DNA of 27,848 nucleotides from Nitrospinota bacterium. Its GTDB lineage: Bacteria > UBA8248. Positions 17,883-26,577 of the stretch are shown one piece after another (position 1 is the first letter of the stretch; each line of letters opens with the position of its first letter). The notes under the pieces were generated by a model. It was not told the origin of the DNA, searched no databases, and was given only the letters and a program-made list of their open reading frames with translations. The stretch lies in the NCBI GenBank assembly GCA_036231405.1, contig JAZAHK010000016.1, positions 1 through 27,848 of the forward strand. The letters are read 5' to 3'. The position numbers were made by a program, and so were the translations under genes.

Positions 17883-19619
17883 TCAATTGATTATCGGAAG
17901 CAATAAGTAAGGATTATAATTATCGCCGAAATGCAAAGACACATTTTTGCTGAATACTTCGAAAGGTCTATCTCTAGAATCGTCATGAATGAAAGGGCCG
18001 CAACCAGAAAATTTATTCATATTGGGGAGTCCGCCTCCAGCTATCCCTGGATAAACATAATCTTTTCCCCGTATTGCAAGTCCAAGCCTGTAGTTTTTAG
18101 GAACTACAACCGATGTGGGCCAGATTTCAATGTCAAGTTCATAAATTTCGTCTGGTGTTAAGGGTTGTTTCTCATCATGTGTGTGGTACGGACGGTAAGG
18201 CAAACTTAGTTCTGGGTCCAGTTTCCTGTGAGACGCCCTTAGCCATCCTTGCGCGGTGGGTGTGGTAGGATCTAAAGCCCCTTGAAAAACAACTTCTTTG
18301 AAATCCTCTGTAAAAACTCTTAAAACCAAGAAGAGATCAGCATCTTCTGTTTCTGATGACACAAATAATTTCGAAGCCATAGGTCCTGTGATTTCCAATT
18401 CGCATTCAATCGGAGGAGTTAAAAAAGTGACGCCGTCACTAAGACCTTCGTATGTAACTATTTCTTCATGGTCATTCTTCTCAGTATCTAAAGAGAATTT
18501 CCCTGGATTTAAATAAAACTTTGTCCACTTTGTTCTCGCTAGTGGCCATTCGTTTTCTTCTCTTTCAACAAACTTGTCCCCAGGGTGACGAACTTGCAGT
18601 AATACTTTAGGTTGTTTTTTCCATCCAGTATTTTCGCCCTTAAGGTAATGCCCAAAGAATTTCTTTTGTAAATTCACACCGTAATCGGTATAAAATTCCG
18701 TCCAGTGCTCTATACCGTGTACTTCTAGCCATTTTTCCTCAGAAGCTACTTTGCTATATCCTTCAAAATTTCCTCTCGAATGTAGGGATTGTCCTCCCCA
18801 GTTTGAAGAAGAGAGTAAGGGTACTTTGATTTTTGTCCAGTCTGGTAATCTTTCTGTCCAATAAGTATCTGTAGCCAAATTATTTACAAACAAATCATTT
18901 GGCATATTGGCACTGTTATATCCAAGTTCTTCTTCACTCATCGTATCTGGTCCAGAGACCCATTTTCCGTTTACTCTTGATCTGTAACCTTTTTCTCCTC
19001 TTCCGTGTTGTCTTGGTAGACACCTCCCCTTGTACCAATTACCTGCATATGTACAGAAAATTCCACCATGATGGGACAACTCTCTATACAAATCCGAAGC
19101 GCCTTCCCAGATACAAAGAGCTACAAGGTGTGGTGGCTGCAAAGCAGCTACCTGCCATTGATTAATTGCATAATACGAAATGCCATTTAAGCCAACTTTT
19201 CCATTTGACCACTCCTGTACTGCAGCCCATTCTATACAATCATAGAAATCTTTTGTTTCTCTTGCAGAAAATGGATCTAGGAAGCCCGGAGATCTTCCCG
19301 CACCTCGCGAGTCTACCCTAATGCAAACATATCCGTCTGGGACCCATCTCTCTGGATCAACTACTTCCCAGTTCTGGTACTTGCTGGAGGTGTCTGCAAG
19401 GATTTCTGGAAATTTAGTTGTCATAGATTTCCACTGTGGTGCGTATGCGTCCTGAAAAGCCAACCATTTTCCATAGGGACCGTACGTAATGATGACAGGA
19501 TATTTTCCTTTTTGTACAGGAGAAAAAACATCTGCACGAATATTTACTCCGTCATCCATCTCAATTGGAACATCCCAAAATATTTTCATCCCATCTTTAA
19601 AGTCTATGTTCCCAATCAT
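17883..19619 (-). CDS. CocE/NonD family serine hydrolase, copy 2
   Basis: Same motifs as copy 1 (YGPYGK, GISYYA, HGIEHW, GWLRASHR); collinear over the full length. Confidence 0.93.
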   Translation of the reverse strand: MIGNIDFKDGMKIFWDVPIEMDDGVNIRADVFSPVQKGKYPVIITYGPYGKWLAFQDAYAPQWKSMTTKFPEILADTSSKYQNWEVVDPERWVPDGYVCIRVDSRGAGRSPGFLDPFSARETKDFYDCIEWAAVQEWSNGKVGLNGISYYAINQWQVAALQPPHLVALCIWEGASDLYRELSHHGGIFCTYAGNWYKGRCLPRQHGRGEKGYRSRVNGKWVSGPDTMSEEELGYNSANMPNDLFVNNLATDTYWTERLPDWTKIKVPLLSSSNWGGQSLHSRGNFEGYSKVASEEKWLEVHGIEHWTEFYTDYGVNLQKKFFGHYLKGENTGWKKQPKVLLQVRHPGDKFVEREENEWPLARTKWTKFYLNPGKFSLDTEKNDHEEIVTYEGLSDGVTFLTPPIECELEITGPMASKLFVSSETEDADLFLVLRVFTEDFKEVVFQGALDPTTPTAQGWLRASHRKLDPELSLPYRPYHTHDEKQPLTPDEIYELDIEIWPTSVVVPKNYRLGLAIRGKDYVYPGIAGGGLPNMNKFSGCGPFIHDDSRDRPFEVFSKNVSLHFGDNYNPYLLLPIIN

Positions 19620-19702
19620 TGTTAATTTTCCTATTATTTTGTTACTTTATACATCAAATTTTATGGATATTTTACTATATCGCATAGGAAAGGTAGAAAC
19701 AA

Positions 19703-20854
19703 TTGAATCCTCTTGAACTTAGCGAAGAATTGATACTCTTACAGAATACAATTAAAGACCTTACAACCAAACACATCAAACCAAGAGCTAGCGAAATCGA
19801 TGAAGAAGAAAAGTACCCTGAAGACATTTATCAAATTCTTAAAAAACACGATTTGCTTGGTTTATTTGTTGAAGAAGAATATGGAGGAACCAATCTTGGC
19901 ATTCTAGGGACCTGTGTTGCTATAGAGGAAATTGCCAAGCATTGTTCAAATTCCCCATTATTTCTTTCTATTCCTTTGCTTGCTACTAGACCAATCTCTG
20001 TAGCTGGAACACTGGAGCAAAAAGAACACTTTTTAACCGGCGTTGCAAAAGGAAATATTAAATGTTCCCTTTCAATGACTGAGCCTCACGCTGGCACAGA
20101 TGTAGCCAATATTAAAACTCTGGCAGTGAAAGATGGAGACTCATGGGTTATTAATGGACAGAAAACATATTGTACAGGTTCAAGTTTTGCAGACTATATT
20201 ATTTTGGGGGCAAAGAGCGATCCTGACGCTGGTCACGAAGGACTTATTTTCTTGATAGTACCCACAAATTCAGATGGGTTCCAAATAGGTAGACACGAAA
20301 GAAAAATGGGAATGAGAGGAATTCCAACATGTGAACTTATTTTTGAAAACTGCAGAATCCCAATAGATAATCAAATCGGGGAAGAACGAACTGGTTTTAA
20401 AACAGCAATGCTTGGGTTCAATCAGGCAAGACCAGTTATAGGAGCAAGAGGTGTAGGTCTTGCTCAAGGTTGCCTGGATTATGCAGTAGATTATGCTAAA
20501 GAAAGAGAGGCATTTTCTAAGCCTATAGCTAAATTCCAAGGGATACAATTGATGATCGCTGAAATGTTCATTAATATTGAGGCCGGAAGGCTTCTTGTCC
20601 ACAAAGCTGCTAGATTGATAGATAATGGTAAGATTGGAAAAGAATATGCGCACTATTTTTCTGCTGCGAAAAGTTTTTCTTCTGATGTGGCAATGAAAAC
20701 ATCTGTTGATAGCATACAAATCTTAGGAGGGGCTGGATATATGAAGGACCATCCACTTGAACGTTTTATGCGCGATGCAAAACAATTACAAATAATTGAA
20801 GGGACAAACCAGATTCAGCAAATCCTTATAGCAAAGAATTTACTTGGTTATTGA
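19703..20854 (+). CDS. Acyl-CoA dehydrogenase
   Basis: SMTEPHAGTD, WVINGQKTY, KMGMRG, REAFSKPI, QILGGAGY, catalytic IIEGTNQIQ; TTG start. Confidence 0.95.
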   Translation: MNPLELSEELILLQNTIKDLTTKHIKPRASEIDEEEKYPEDIYQILKKHDLLGLFVEEEYGGTNLGILGTCVAIEEIAKHCSNSPLFLSIPLLATRPISVAGTLEQKEHFLTGVAKGNIKCSLSMTEPHAGTDVANIKTLAVKDGDSWVINGQKTYCTGSSFADYIILGAKSDPDAGHEGLIFLIVPTNSDGFQIGRHERKMGMRGIPTCELIFENCRIPIDNQIGEERTGFKTAMLGFNQARPVIGARGVGLAQGCLDYAVDYAKEREAFSKPIAKFQGIQLMIAEMFINIEAGRLLVHKAARLIDNGKIGKEYAHYFSAAKSFSSDVAMKTSVDSIQILGGAGYMKDHPLERFMRDAKQLQIIEGTNQIQQILIAKNLLGY

Positions 20855-20907
20855 AACTTCTGTCCAGAAAGAACAACATTTTATAAAATTTTGAGATAAA
20901 TAAGAAC

Positions 20908-22023
20908 ATGCGCATACTCATCATTTCTCATGCATACTCCATTCCCATGTGGCTTGAAAAAATACAGGAACTTGCGAAAAATCCTTCTCTTGAAATTTCA
21001 GTTCTTACCCCAGAAGTGTTCTGGGATTCAAATAGAAAATCAGTCACATATCCTGAAAAAAATGAGTCATACAGTCTTTACACTGGAAAGGTAATGTTTC
21101 CAAGTAGAGTAACCGGACATTTTTATATCCGCGGGCTAAAGAATGCTATAAGAGAAACAAATCCAGATATCATTCACTTAGAAGAAGAACCTTGGAGCAA
21201 TGTTGCAGCACAACTACATTTGATAAAAAAAATATATATATTAAAATTTAAACTCATTGTGTTTTCGTGGGAAAATTTAGATTTGAATCTTAGAAAAATC
21301 TATAAAATTACAGAGAATTTTACTCTACGTAATGCTGATATTTTAATCGCTGGGGGCATAACTAGTAAAGAACGATTATTGCGAAAAGGCGCACGTCCTG
21401 AATCTATAAGAGTCCTCCCTCAATTCGGACTTGACACAGATTTATTTAAACCTGCTATTCAAAATGAAAAAAATGAAACTTTTACTATAATATACATAGG
21501 CAGGATCATGCACCTAAAAGGAGTCGACATCGCAATAAAAGCCTTCAAAAATTTAAAAGGCAAATGGAAAGCAATTTTTGTTGGAAGCGGCAACATGAAG
21601 AATGAGATAATTAATTTATCTAAGAAACTTTCTCTTCAAGATAGAATTGAATTCATTGAATGGGTTGATCATTATGAGATACCAACTTATCTGCGAAAAG
21701 CTCACGTATTAATTCTGCCCTCAAGAACAACTATTCATTGGGCTGAACAATTTGGACATTGTTTAATAGAAGCAATGAGCGCAGGCATAGTACCCATAGG
21801 TTCTGATACTGGGGAGATTCCTCACGTAATCGGAAATGAAGGATTCGTTTTCCCAGAGGAAGACCACAATTCTCTTCAAAATGCGATACAAAAATTAATG
21901 GACAACCCTGCGTTATTAAACAAACTGGCAATTGCTGGTAGAGAAAAAGCTTTGAAACAATTTTCCTGGGAATACATTGCGGCAAAAACGTATGAATATT
22001 ACAAGGAATTATATCCTTCTTGA
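20908..22023 (+). CDS. Glycosyltransferase family 4 (GT-B)
   Basis: MRILIIS N-terminus, YIGRIMHLKGV, E-x7-E motif EQFGHCLIEAM. Confidence 0.93.
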   Translation: MRILIISHAYSIPMWLEKIQELAKNPSLEISVLTPEVFWDSNRKSVTYPEKNESYSLYTGKVMFPSRVTGHFYIRGLKNAIRETNPDIIHLEEEPWSNVAAQLHLIKKIYILKFKLIVFSWENLDLNLRKIYKITENFTLRNADILIAGGITSKERLLRKGARPESIRVLPQFGLDTDLFKPAIQNEKNETFTIIYIGRIMHLKGVDIAIKAFKNLKGKWKAIFVGSGNMKNEIINLSKKLSLQDRIEFIEWVDHYEIPTYLRKAHVLILPSRTTIHWAEQFGHCLIEAMSAGIVPIGSDTGEIPHVIGNEGFVFPEEDHNSLQNAIQKLMDNPALLNKLAIAGREKALKQFSWEYIAAKTYEYYKELYPS

Positions 22024-22079
22024 ATTTGCGTACCAGACTAATCAAAAATAGCGTTGGAACAAACCCTTATTCATTAAGC

Positions 22080-22556
22080 TTACAAAATCTCATGAAATAA
22101 ACTCAGGGCTGATTTCGCAAAAACCTTCATATTCTCTTCCCTATTTTCATTTCCTGTTTCTATCGTAATACTTTTGCTGATTTCTGTCGAAGAAACTGCA
22201 ATACAACAGTGTCCAGGAGAGTCTCCATATCGATTTCCACTAGGTCCCGACGCACCAGACTCAGCAATTGCATAATCACTGCCCAAATGTTTCTGTACAC
22301 CCTGAACAAGTCGTATGGCATATTCCTCTGTCGATGGTCTTAAACCTTCAAAAAAATTTTCATCAACAGATAACATTTTATGTCTAGATTCATAAGTGTA
22401 CAAAACTCCTCCTCCAATGAAATAAGAAGATGCTCCAGGAACGGAAAGTAACGAAGCAGAAATCAAACCACCTGCAGAAGTTTCTGCAACAGAAATCGTC
22501 TTTCCCGAAATCTTTAATATTTCCCCTATTTTTCCGGCTTGGATGAATAAATCCAT
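22080..22556 (-). CDS. CinA C-terminal / PncC-like protein, predicted non-canonical
   Basis: SVAETSAGGLI, VPGASSYFIGG, AESGASGPSG; catalytic Ser/Lys positions appear as Thr/Arg. Confidence 0.88.
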   Translation of the reverse strand: MDLFIQAGKIGEILKISGKTISVAETSAGGLISASLLSVPGASSYFIGGGVLYTYESRHKMLSVDENFFEGLRPSTEEYAIRLVQGVQKHLGSDYAIAESGASGPSGNRYGDSPGHCCIAVSSTEISKSITIETGNENREENMKVFAKSALSLFHEIL

Positions 22557-22578
22557 TTTATGACCCTTTCAAGAAAAT

Positions 22579-23067
22579 TTATTTACCTCTGGAAATGTGT
22601 TTCAATATTTCAACTACCTGCTCCGGCGTTTGCGCAACTGCTAAAGAAACTCCATCTATCTCTTTCAAAGCATGAGTGTGTTCTTCTGCATGAATTGTTA
22701 TTATTGATTTGCCGAGTGCAGAAGCAACTCCCGCATCAAAAGCTGCGTTCCATTGTTTATATTTTTCTCCAAATCTCACTACAACAACATCTGACTCCTT
22801 TATCAAATTACGTATGCGTATAGAATTTATTTTCGCAGCTTTATGATCTTTCCAAAAAGTTTTTTCTTCCCCTCCAAGAATATCGACACCACAGTTGTCA
22901 CTGGCATCATGATTCGTAATGGGAGAAAAAAGTTCCACAGGAAGATTGTTTTCTAATACTCCCTTTTCAATACACTCACGCCAGTCTGTGTGAATTTCTC
23001 CAGAGAGATAGACACGCCAAACTTTACCACCTGTTATTTGATTCATTTCAAATCCTTTCTTTATCAA
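22579..23067 (-). CDS. YtoQ family protein (nucleoside 2-deoxyribosyltransferase-like fold)
   Basis: VYLSGEIHTDWRE, VVVRFGEKYKQWNAAFDAG, HALKEID. The true start may be the ATG at 23046. Confidence 0.9.
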   Translation of the reverse strand: MIKKGFEMNQITGGKVWRVYLSGEIHTDWRECIEKGVLENNLPVELFSPITNHDASDNCGVDILGGEEKTFWKDHKAAKINSIRIRNLIKESDVVVVRFGEKYKQWNAAFDAGVASALGKSIITIHAEEHTHALKEIDGVSLAVAQTPEQVVEILKHISRGK

Positions 23068-23070
23068 AAT

Positions 23071-23463
23071 TTATTTATCTGCCTCACTTAATTCAATCCT
23101 TATATCTTCTGGACCTCTTACAAAGGCAGTGACCCTTCCTCCCATGCCAACTGGAGCAGGTTCACGTATAAACTCTGCCCCTTTACTTTTTAAAGATTTT
23201 GAAAGTTCTGCAACATCCTCCACAGAAAAGGAAAAATGATCTACTCCCATTACCGAATCCGGATGATTTGTTCCCGGATTTTCCGACGGCCTTACTCCTC
23301 TCAAAAAAAGCTTTGCTTCGCCTACTCTTACAATTGCATTGGGAGCACCGTGAAAGTTTTCGTCCATAAACTCTAATATTCCATCAAAAAAATCTAAAAA
23401 GAAGTTCTTCATCTTTCCAACATCATCACAAATAATATGCACGTGATCGAATGATAATTTCAA
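23071..23463 (-). CDS. VOC / glyoxalase superfamily protein
   Basis: FDHVHI, GVDHFSFSVEDV, AFVRGPEDIRIEL; TTG start with AGGAG RBS. Confidence 0.9.
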   Translation of the reverse strand: MKLSFDHVHIICDDVGKMKNFFLDFFDGILEFMDENFHGAPNAIVRVGEAKLFLRGVRPSENPGTNHPDSVMGVDHFSFSVEDVAELSKSLKSKGAEFIREPAPVGMGGRVTAFVRGPEDIRIELSEADK

Positions 23464-23596
23464 TTTACAATTCTCCTATATAATCTTCAGGAACAAAAAG
23501 AAACTCCAAAGCTCTATTGGAAAAACTGAGTCAACCGTTTACATTAAACATACTCGAACATTTTTTTCAATTTAAATCCTGCAAAGGAGTAAACCT

Positions 23597-24481
23597 ATGT
23601 CACAGAAACTAGGCTATATAGGCCTTGGGAAAATGGGGCTAGCGCTATCAAAATCACTTTTAAATAATGGTTACGATGTCTATGGTTATGACATTGACCC
23701 CAAGAGATTAGAAATGCTTGAAGAGATTGGAGGAAATCCCGTATCTTCAGCTAAAGAACTTGCAGAAACCTGCGATATAGTATTCTCGATCCTTCTTAAA
23801 TCTGACCATATAGAAGAAAATACATTCGGAGATAAAGGAATCACAAAAGCGGAAAAAAAAGATTGCATATTTGTAGAGATGTCTACGATGTATCCAAGCT
23901 GGCAAGCAGATTTGTCCGAACGTTTGCGGAACGAAGGAATAGAAATGTTAGACGCACCTATTTCAGGTTCTCATCCCAAAGTTGATGACAAAACGATTTC
24001 TATTATGGTAGGTGGAAAAAAAGAAATCTTCGATCAGGTAGCTCCCGTGCTTCAATCTATTGCAGGAAATGTTCACTATACAGGATTGAATGGAACTGGG
24101 GCGACAATGAAAATCGTGACCAATTTATTTGTAAATTCAAATGCCGCACTATTAGCCGAAATGGTCTTGGTTGGAGAGAGAGCCGGATTATCTAACGACA
24201 CAATGATGGAATGTTTACGTACTGGTTCTGTGCAGGGAGCAATGCTGGAACAGATGGCCCCTAGACTATTTGAAAGAGATTTTGCTCCCAGAGGAGCTGT
24301 AGAAATTTTCGTAAAAGATATGGGGATGGCAATCGAGCTAGCAGAGGAAAACGGTATAGATCTCAAAGTGGTAAAAGCCAGCAGGGAAATGTTCAAGAAA
24401 GCTGAAAACGCTGGTTGGGGAAAAGACGATGCGTGTCGTGTCATTGAGGTGTACGAAGGAAAAGCTGGAAAGGAAGCTTAG
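23597..24481 (+). CDS. NAD(P)-dependent beta-hydroxyacid dehydrogenase (3-hydroxyisobutyrate / tartronate semialdehyde reductase family)
   Basis: GYIGLGKMG, LDAPISG, IMVGG, catalytic GATMKIVTN, KDM. Confidence 0.93.
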   Translation: MSQKLGYIGLGKMGLALSKSLLNNGYDVYGYDIDPKRLEMLEEIGGNPVSSAKELAETCDIVFSILLKSDHIEENTFGDKGITKAEKKDCIFVEMSTMYPSWQADLSERLRNEGIEMLDAPISGSHPKVDDKTISIMVGGKKEIFDQVAPVLQSIAGNVHYTGLNGTGATMKIVTNLFVNSNAALLAEMVLVGERAGLSNDTMMECLRTGSVQGAMLEQMAPRLFERDFAPRGAVEIFVKDMGMAIELAEENGIDLKVVKASREMFKKAENAGWGKDDACRVIEVYEGKAGKEA

Positions 24482-25887
24482 ATTATCTCTACTTGAATTA
24501 TTCTTCCTTTGTTTTCTTTGCTTCCGAAAGGATATCCAGCACAAAGAATCACTTGTTCATTTTTATCTGCTATTTTCTCTTTCAAAATTCTAGAACGAAC
24601 AGAAGGAAGTACTTTTTCTATTGGCATACGATTTACAATCTTCCATGGAACCACACCCCATGAAAGGGAACATTTCTGCAGCGCTCTTTCTGAAGTACTT
24701 AGTGCTATGACAGGTTGATTTGGTCTATACTTTACTATCCTTCTAGGAGTATCTCCTGAATCCGTTGGACTAATTATTAAGGATGCTCCAATATCTTTTG
24801 CCAATTCAACAGTGGAAGATGCGACAGCGAAAGCGAGTGTTTTTGATTTATTTTCAGAAGTTTTCTTTTTATCAATTTCTTCAAAATTCTTTTCTGTAGT
24901 CTCTGCAATTCTGGCCATCATTTTTACTACCAAGGAAGGATTTTCTCCTATAGAAGTTTCTTCGCTTAACATAATAGCATCGGAGCCATCAATAATCGCG
25001 TTAGCCACATCACTTGTTTCAGCTCGTGTCGGTCTATGAGAGTGAACCATTGACAGCAACATTTCCGTAGCGGTGATTACGGGTTTCCCAGAACGGTTTG
25101 CATAATTGATTATTTTCTTCTGAATAAGTGGGACTTTAGCTAATTCGACTTCAATTCCAAGATCTCCTCGTGCGACCATAACCCCGTCAGCAGCTTGTAT
25201 AATTTCTTTATACTTTTCTATTGCTTCTGCTTTTTCCATTTTAGCAATAATGAATATATCTGTTTTTTCTTTTTTGATAATCTTCCTGCATAATTCGATG
25301 TCTTCTGCAGATCGTACGAAGGACAGGCCAATGAAATCAACTTTTTCCTTGATACAAACTTTTAAATCAGCACGATCTTTTCTTGTCATGGATGGAATAT
25401 CGATCTTTGTGTCAGGCATATTTAATCCCGCGCCATCTTTTAAATCTCCCCCTATAATTACCCTGCATTTCACCGCAGTGGAACCTGCTTCTATAACTTT
25501 CAACTGTAGTTGCCCATCAGAGATCATCACCCTATCTCTGACTTTTAGTTGAGATATGAGTTCTTGTCGATTTAAAGTCAATTGAGTTGCATTACCAATA
25601 GAAGTATCTTTTGAAAGCACAACAGTTTTCCCCTTCACAAGACAAGTACCCTTCTCTACTTTCCCTAAACGGAATTTCGGTCCCCCTAAATCAACGAGGA
25701 TACCGACATACTTATTTAACCGAGAGGAGATAGAACGAATTTTGCGAATGGTTTTGATTTTTTCTTCAATGGTTCCGTGAGAAAAATTTAAACGCGCAAC
25801 GTCCATGCCCTCTTGAATCATTTGACGGAGAACTTTAGGGCTAGCACTTGCGGGACCAATGGTGCAAACAATCTTTGTTTTTTTCAC
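24478..25887 (-). CDS. pyk: Pyruvate kinase (K+-independent-type signature)
   Basis: TKIVCTIGPAS, VARLNFSHG, DLGGPKFR, MVARGDLG, PTRAETSDVANA; GTG start with AGGAG RBS. Overlaps the convergent gene's stop by 4 nt. Confidence 0.97.
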   Translation of the reverse strand: MKKTKIVCTIGPASASPKVLRQMIQEGMDVARLNFSHGTIEEKIKTIRKIRSISSRLNKYVGILVDLGGPKFRLGKVEKGTCLVKGKTVVLSKDTSIGNATQLTLNRQELISQLKVRDRVMISDGQLQLKVIEAGSTAVKCRVIIGGDLKDGAGLNMPDTKIDIPSMTRKDRADLKVCIKEKVDFIGLSFVRSAEDIELCRKIIKKEKTDIFIIAKMEKAEAIEKYKEIIQAADGVMVARGDLGIEVELAKVPLIQKKIINYANRSGKPVITATEMLLSMVHSHRPTRAETSDVANAIIDGSDAIMLSEETSIGENPSLVVKMMARIAETTEKNFEEIDKKKTSENKSKTLAFAVASSTVELAKDIGASLIISPTDSGDTPRRIVKYRPNQPVIALSTSERALQKCSLSWGVVPWKIVNRMPIEKVLPSVRSRILKEKIADKNEQVILCAGYPFGSKENKGRIIQVEII

Positions 25888-25935
25888 GAAAACTCCTAAA
25901 TATAAAACTAACTACAAAAGTTTGCTAGCAATTTA

Positions 25936-26478
25936 TTAGATTTCCAATTCCTTTCCATTTACAGTGACTTTCCCTTCAAGTGAAACGGGCTGTACAATCA
26001 ATTTTTCTGCAAAACAACCACCTTTTGCACATTTGATGAGATGTGCAATTTTTTCTTCTGGTTCATCTGATTCTATCTCTAAATGCGTTCGAAATCCTTG
26101 ATGTTCAACATTCACGGTACCCTTGACTACGGATCCATGTAGTAAATAATCTCCTTCCACGTGACATTTTCCGCTTCTAATTTCCATTTTTAACATATGC
26201 GCGTACCGCGCAACTTGAGTAAGAAGTCAAAACCCTATCGAAGTAGCCAGCATAGGCATAGGAGGCGAATACTTGCCAGTACCACCGATTTTCTCTGATT
26301 CGTCAGAATAAATTGTCCAGCCTGCTGATTCTCCTACTTTCAGCATGGGTTCGTTTTCTACAGTTTTAGTATCGGCACGCAGTTCCATCAGAACCCCTTT
26401 TATAGGTAATTCTGGTTTATCCGTAATCCTCTCTCCAGGCTCTGTGGGCGCATCATTCCATCGAAGTGGCCGGTCCAT
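25936..26478 (-). CDS. OsmC/Ohr-like protein, probable selenoprotein (in-frame UGA = Sec84), 180 aa; joins ORFs 26227-26478 and 25936-26196
   Basis: The two ORFs are in the same frame, separated by TGA plus 10 sense codons: IYSDESEKIGGTGKYSPPMPMLATSIGF-U-LLTQVARYAHMLK...AKGGCFAE. The UGA falls at the first conserved OsmC Cys. GGAGA RBS before 26478; SECIS-like hairpin downstream of the UGA. Confidence 0.85.
26197..26214 (-). promoter_or_regulatory. Candidate bacterial SECIS element
   Basis: GUUGCGCGGUACGCGCAU begins 12 nt after the UGA: stem UGCGCG/CGCGCA, GU-containing apical loop, possible bulged U at the 5' base. Confidence 0.75.
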
Positions 26479-26577
26479 AAAATATCTCCAAAAAATATTG
26501 ACTAAAATATAATCCTTTTGAAATAATTAATATATAATTACTCACTATATCACTCTTAAATATACAGAGAGAAAAGA

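Noticed and set aside
6833-19619. Composite transposon or DGR-like template/variable repeat pair
   Set aside because: The repeats lie inside two intact hydrolase genes, mismatches are mostly synonymous and not adenine-specific, and no transposase, recombinase or reverse transcriptase is present.
20852-20899. Possible Sec read-through at the acyl-CoA dehydrogenase TGA (and at the GT4 and CocE2 TGAs)
   Set aside because: The proteins are already full length, no conserved Cys is expected there, and I see no SECIS-like hairpin.
25922-25931. 10-bp palindrome TTGCTAGCAA between the OsmC-like gene and pyk
   Set aside because: Too short, with no loop or U-tract; compatible with chance.
26227-26229. 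Genome-wide UGA reassignment (Trp or Gly) as the explanation for the in-frame TGA
   Set aside because: TGA ends complete-looking genes here (acyl-CoA dehydrogenase 20854, GT4 22023, CocE2 17883), and no other gene is interrupted by TGA.
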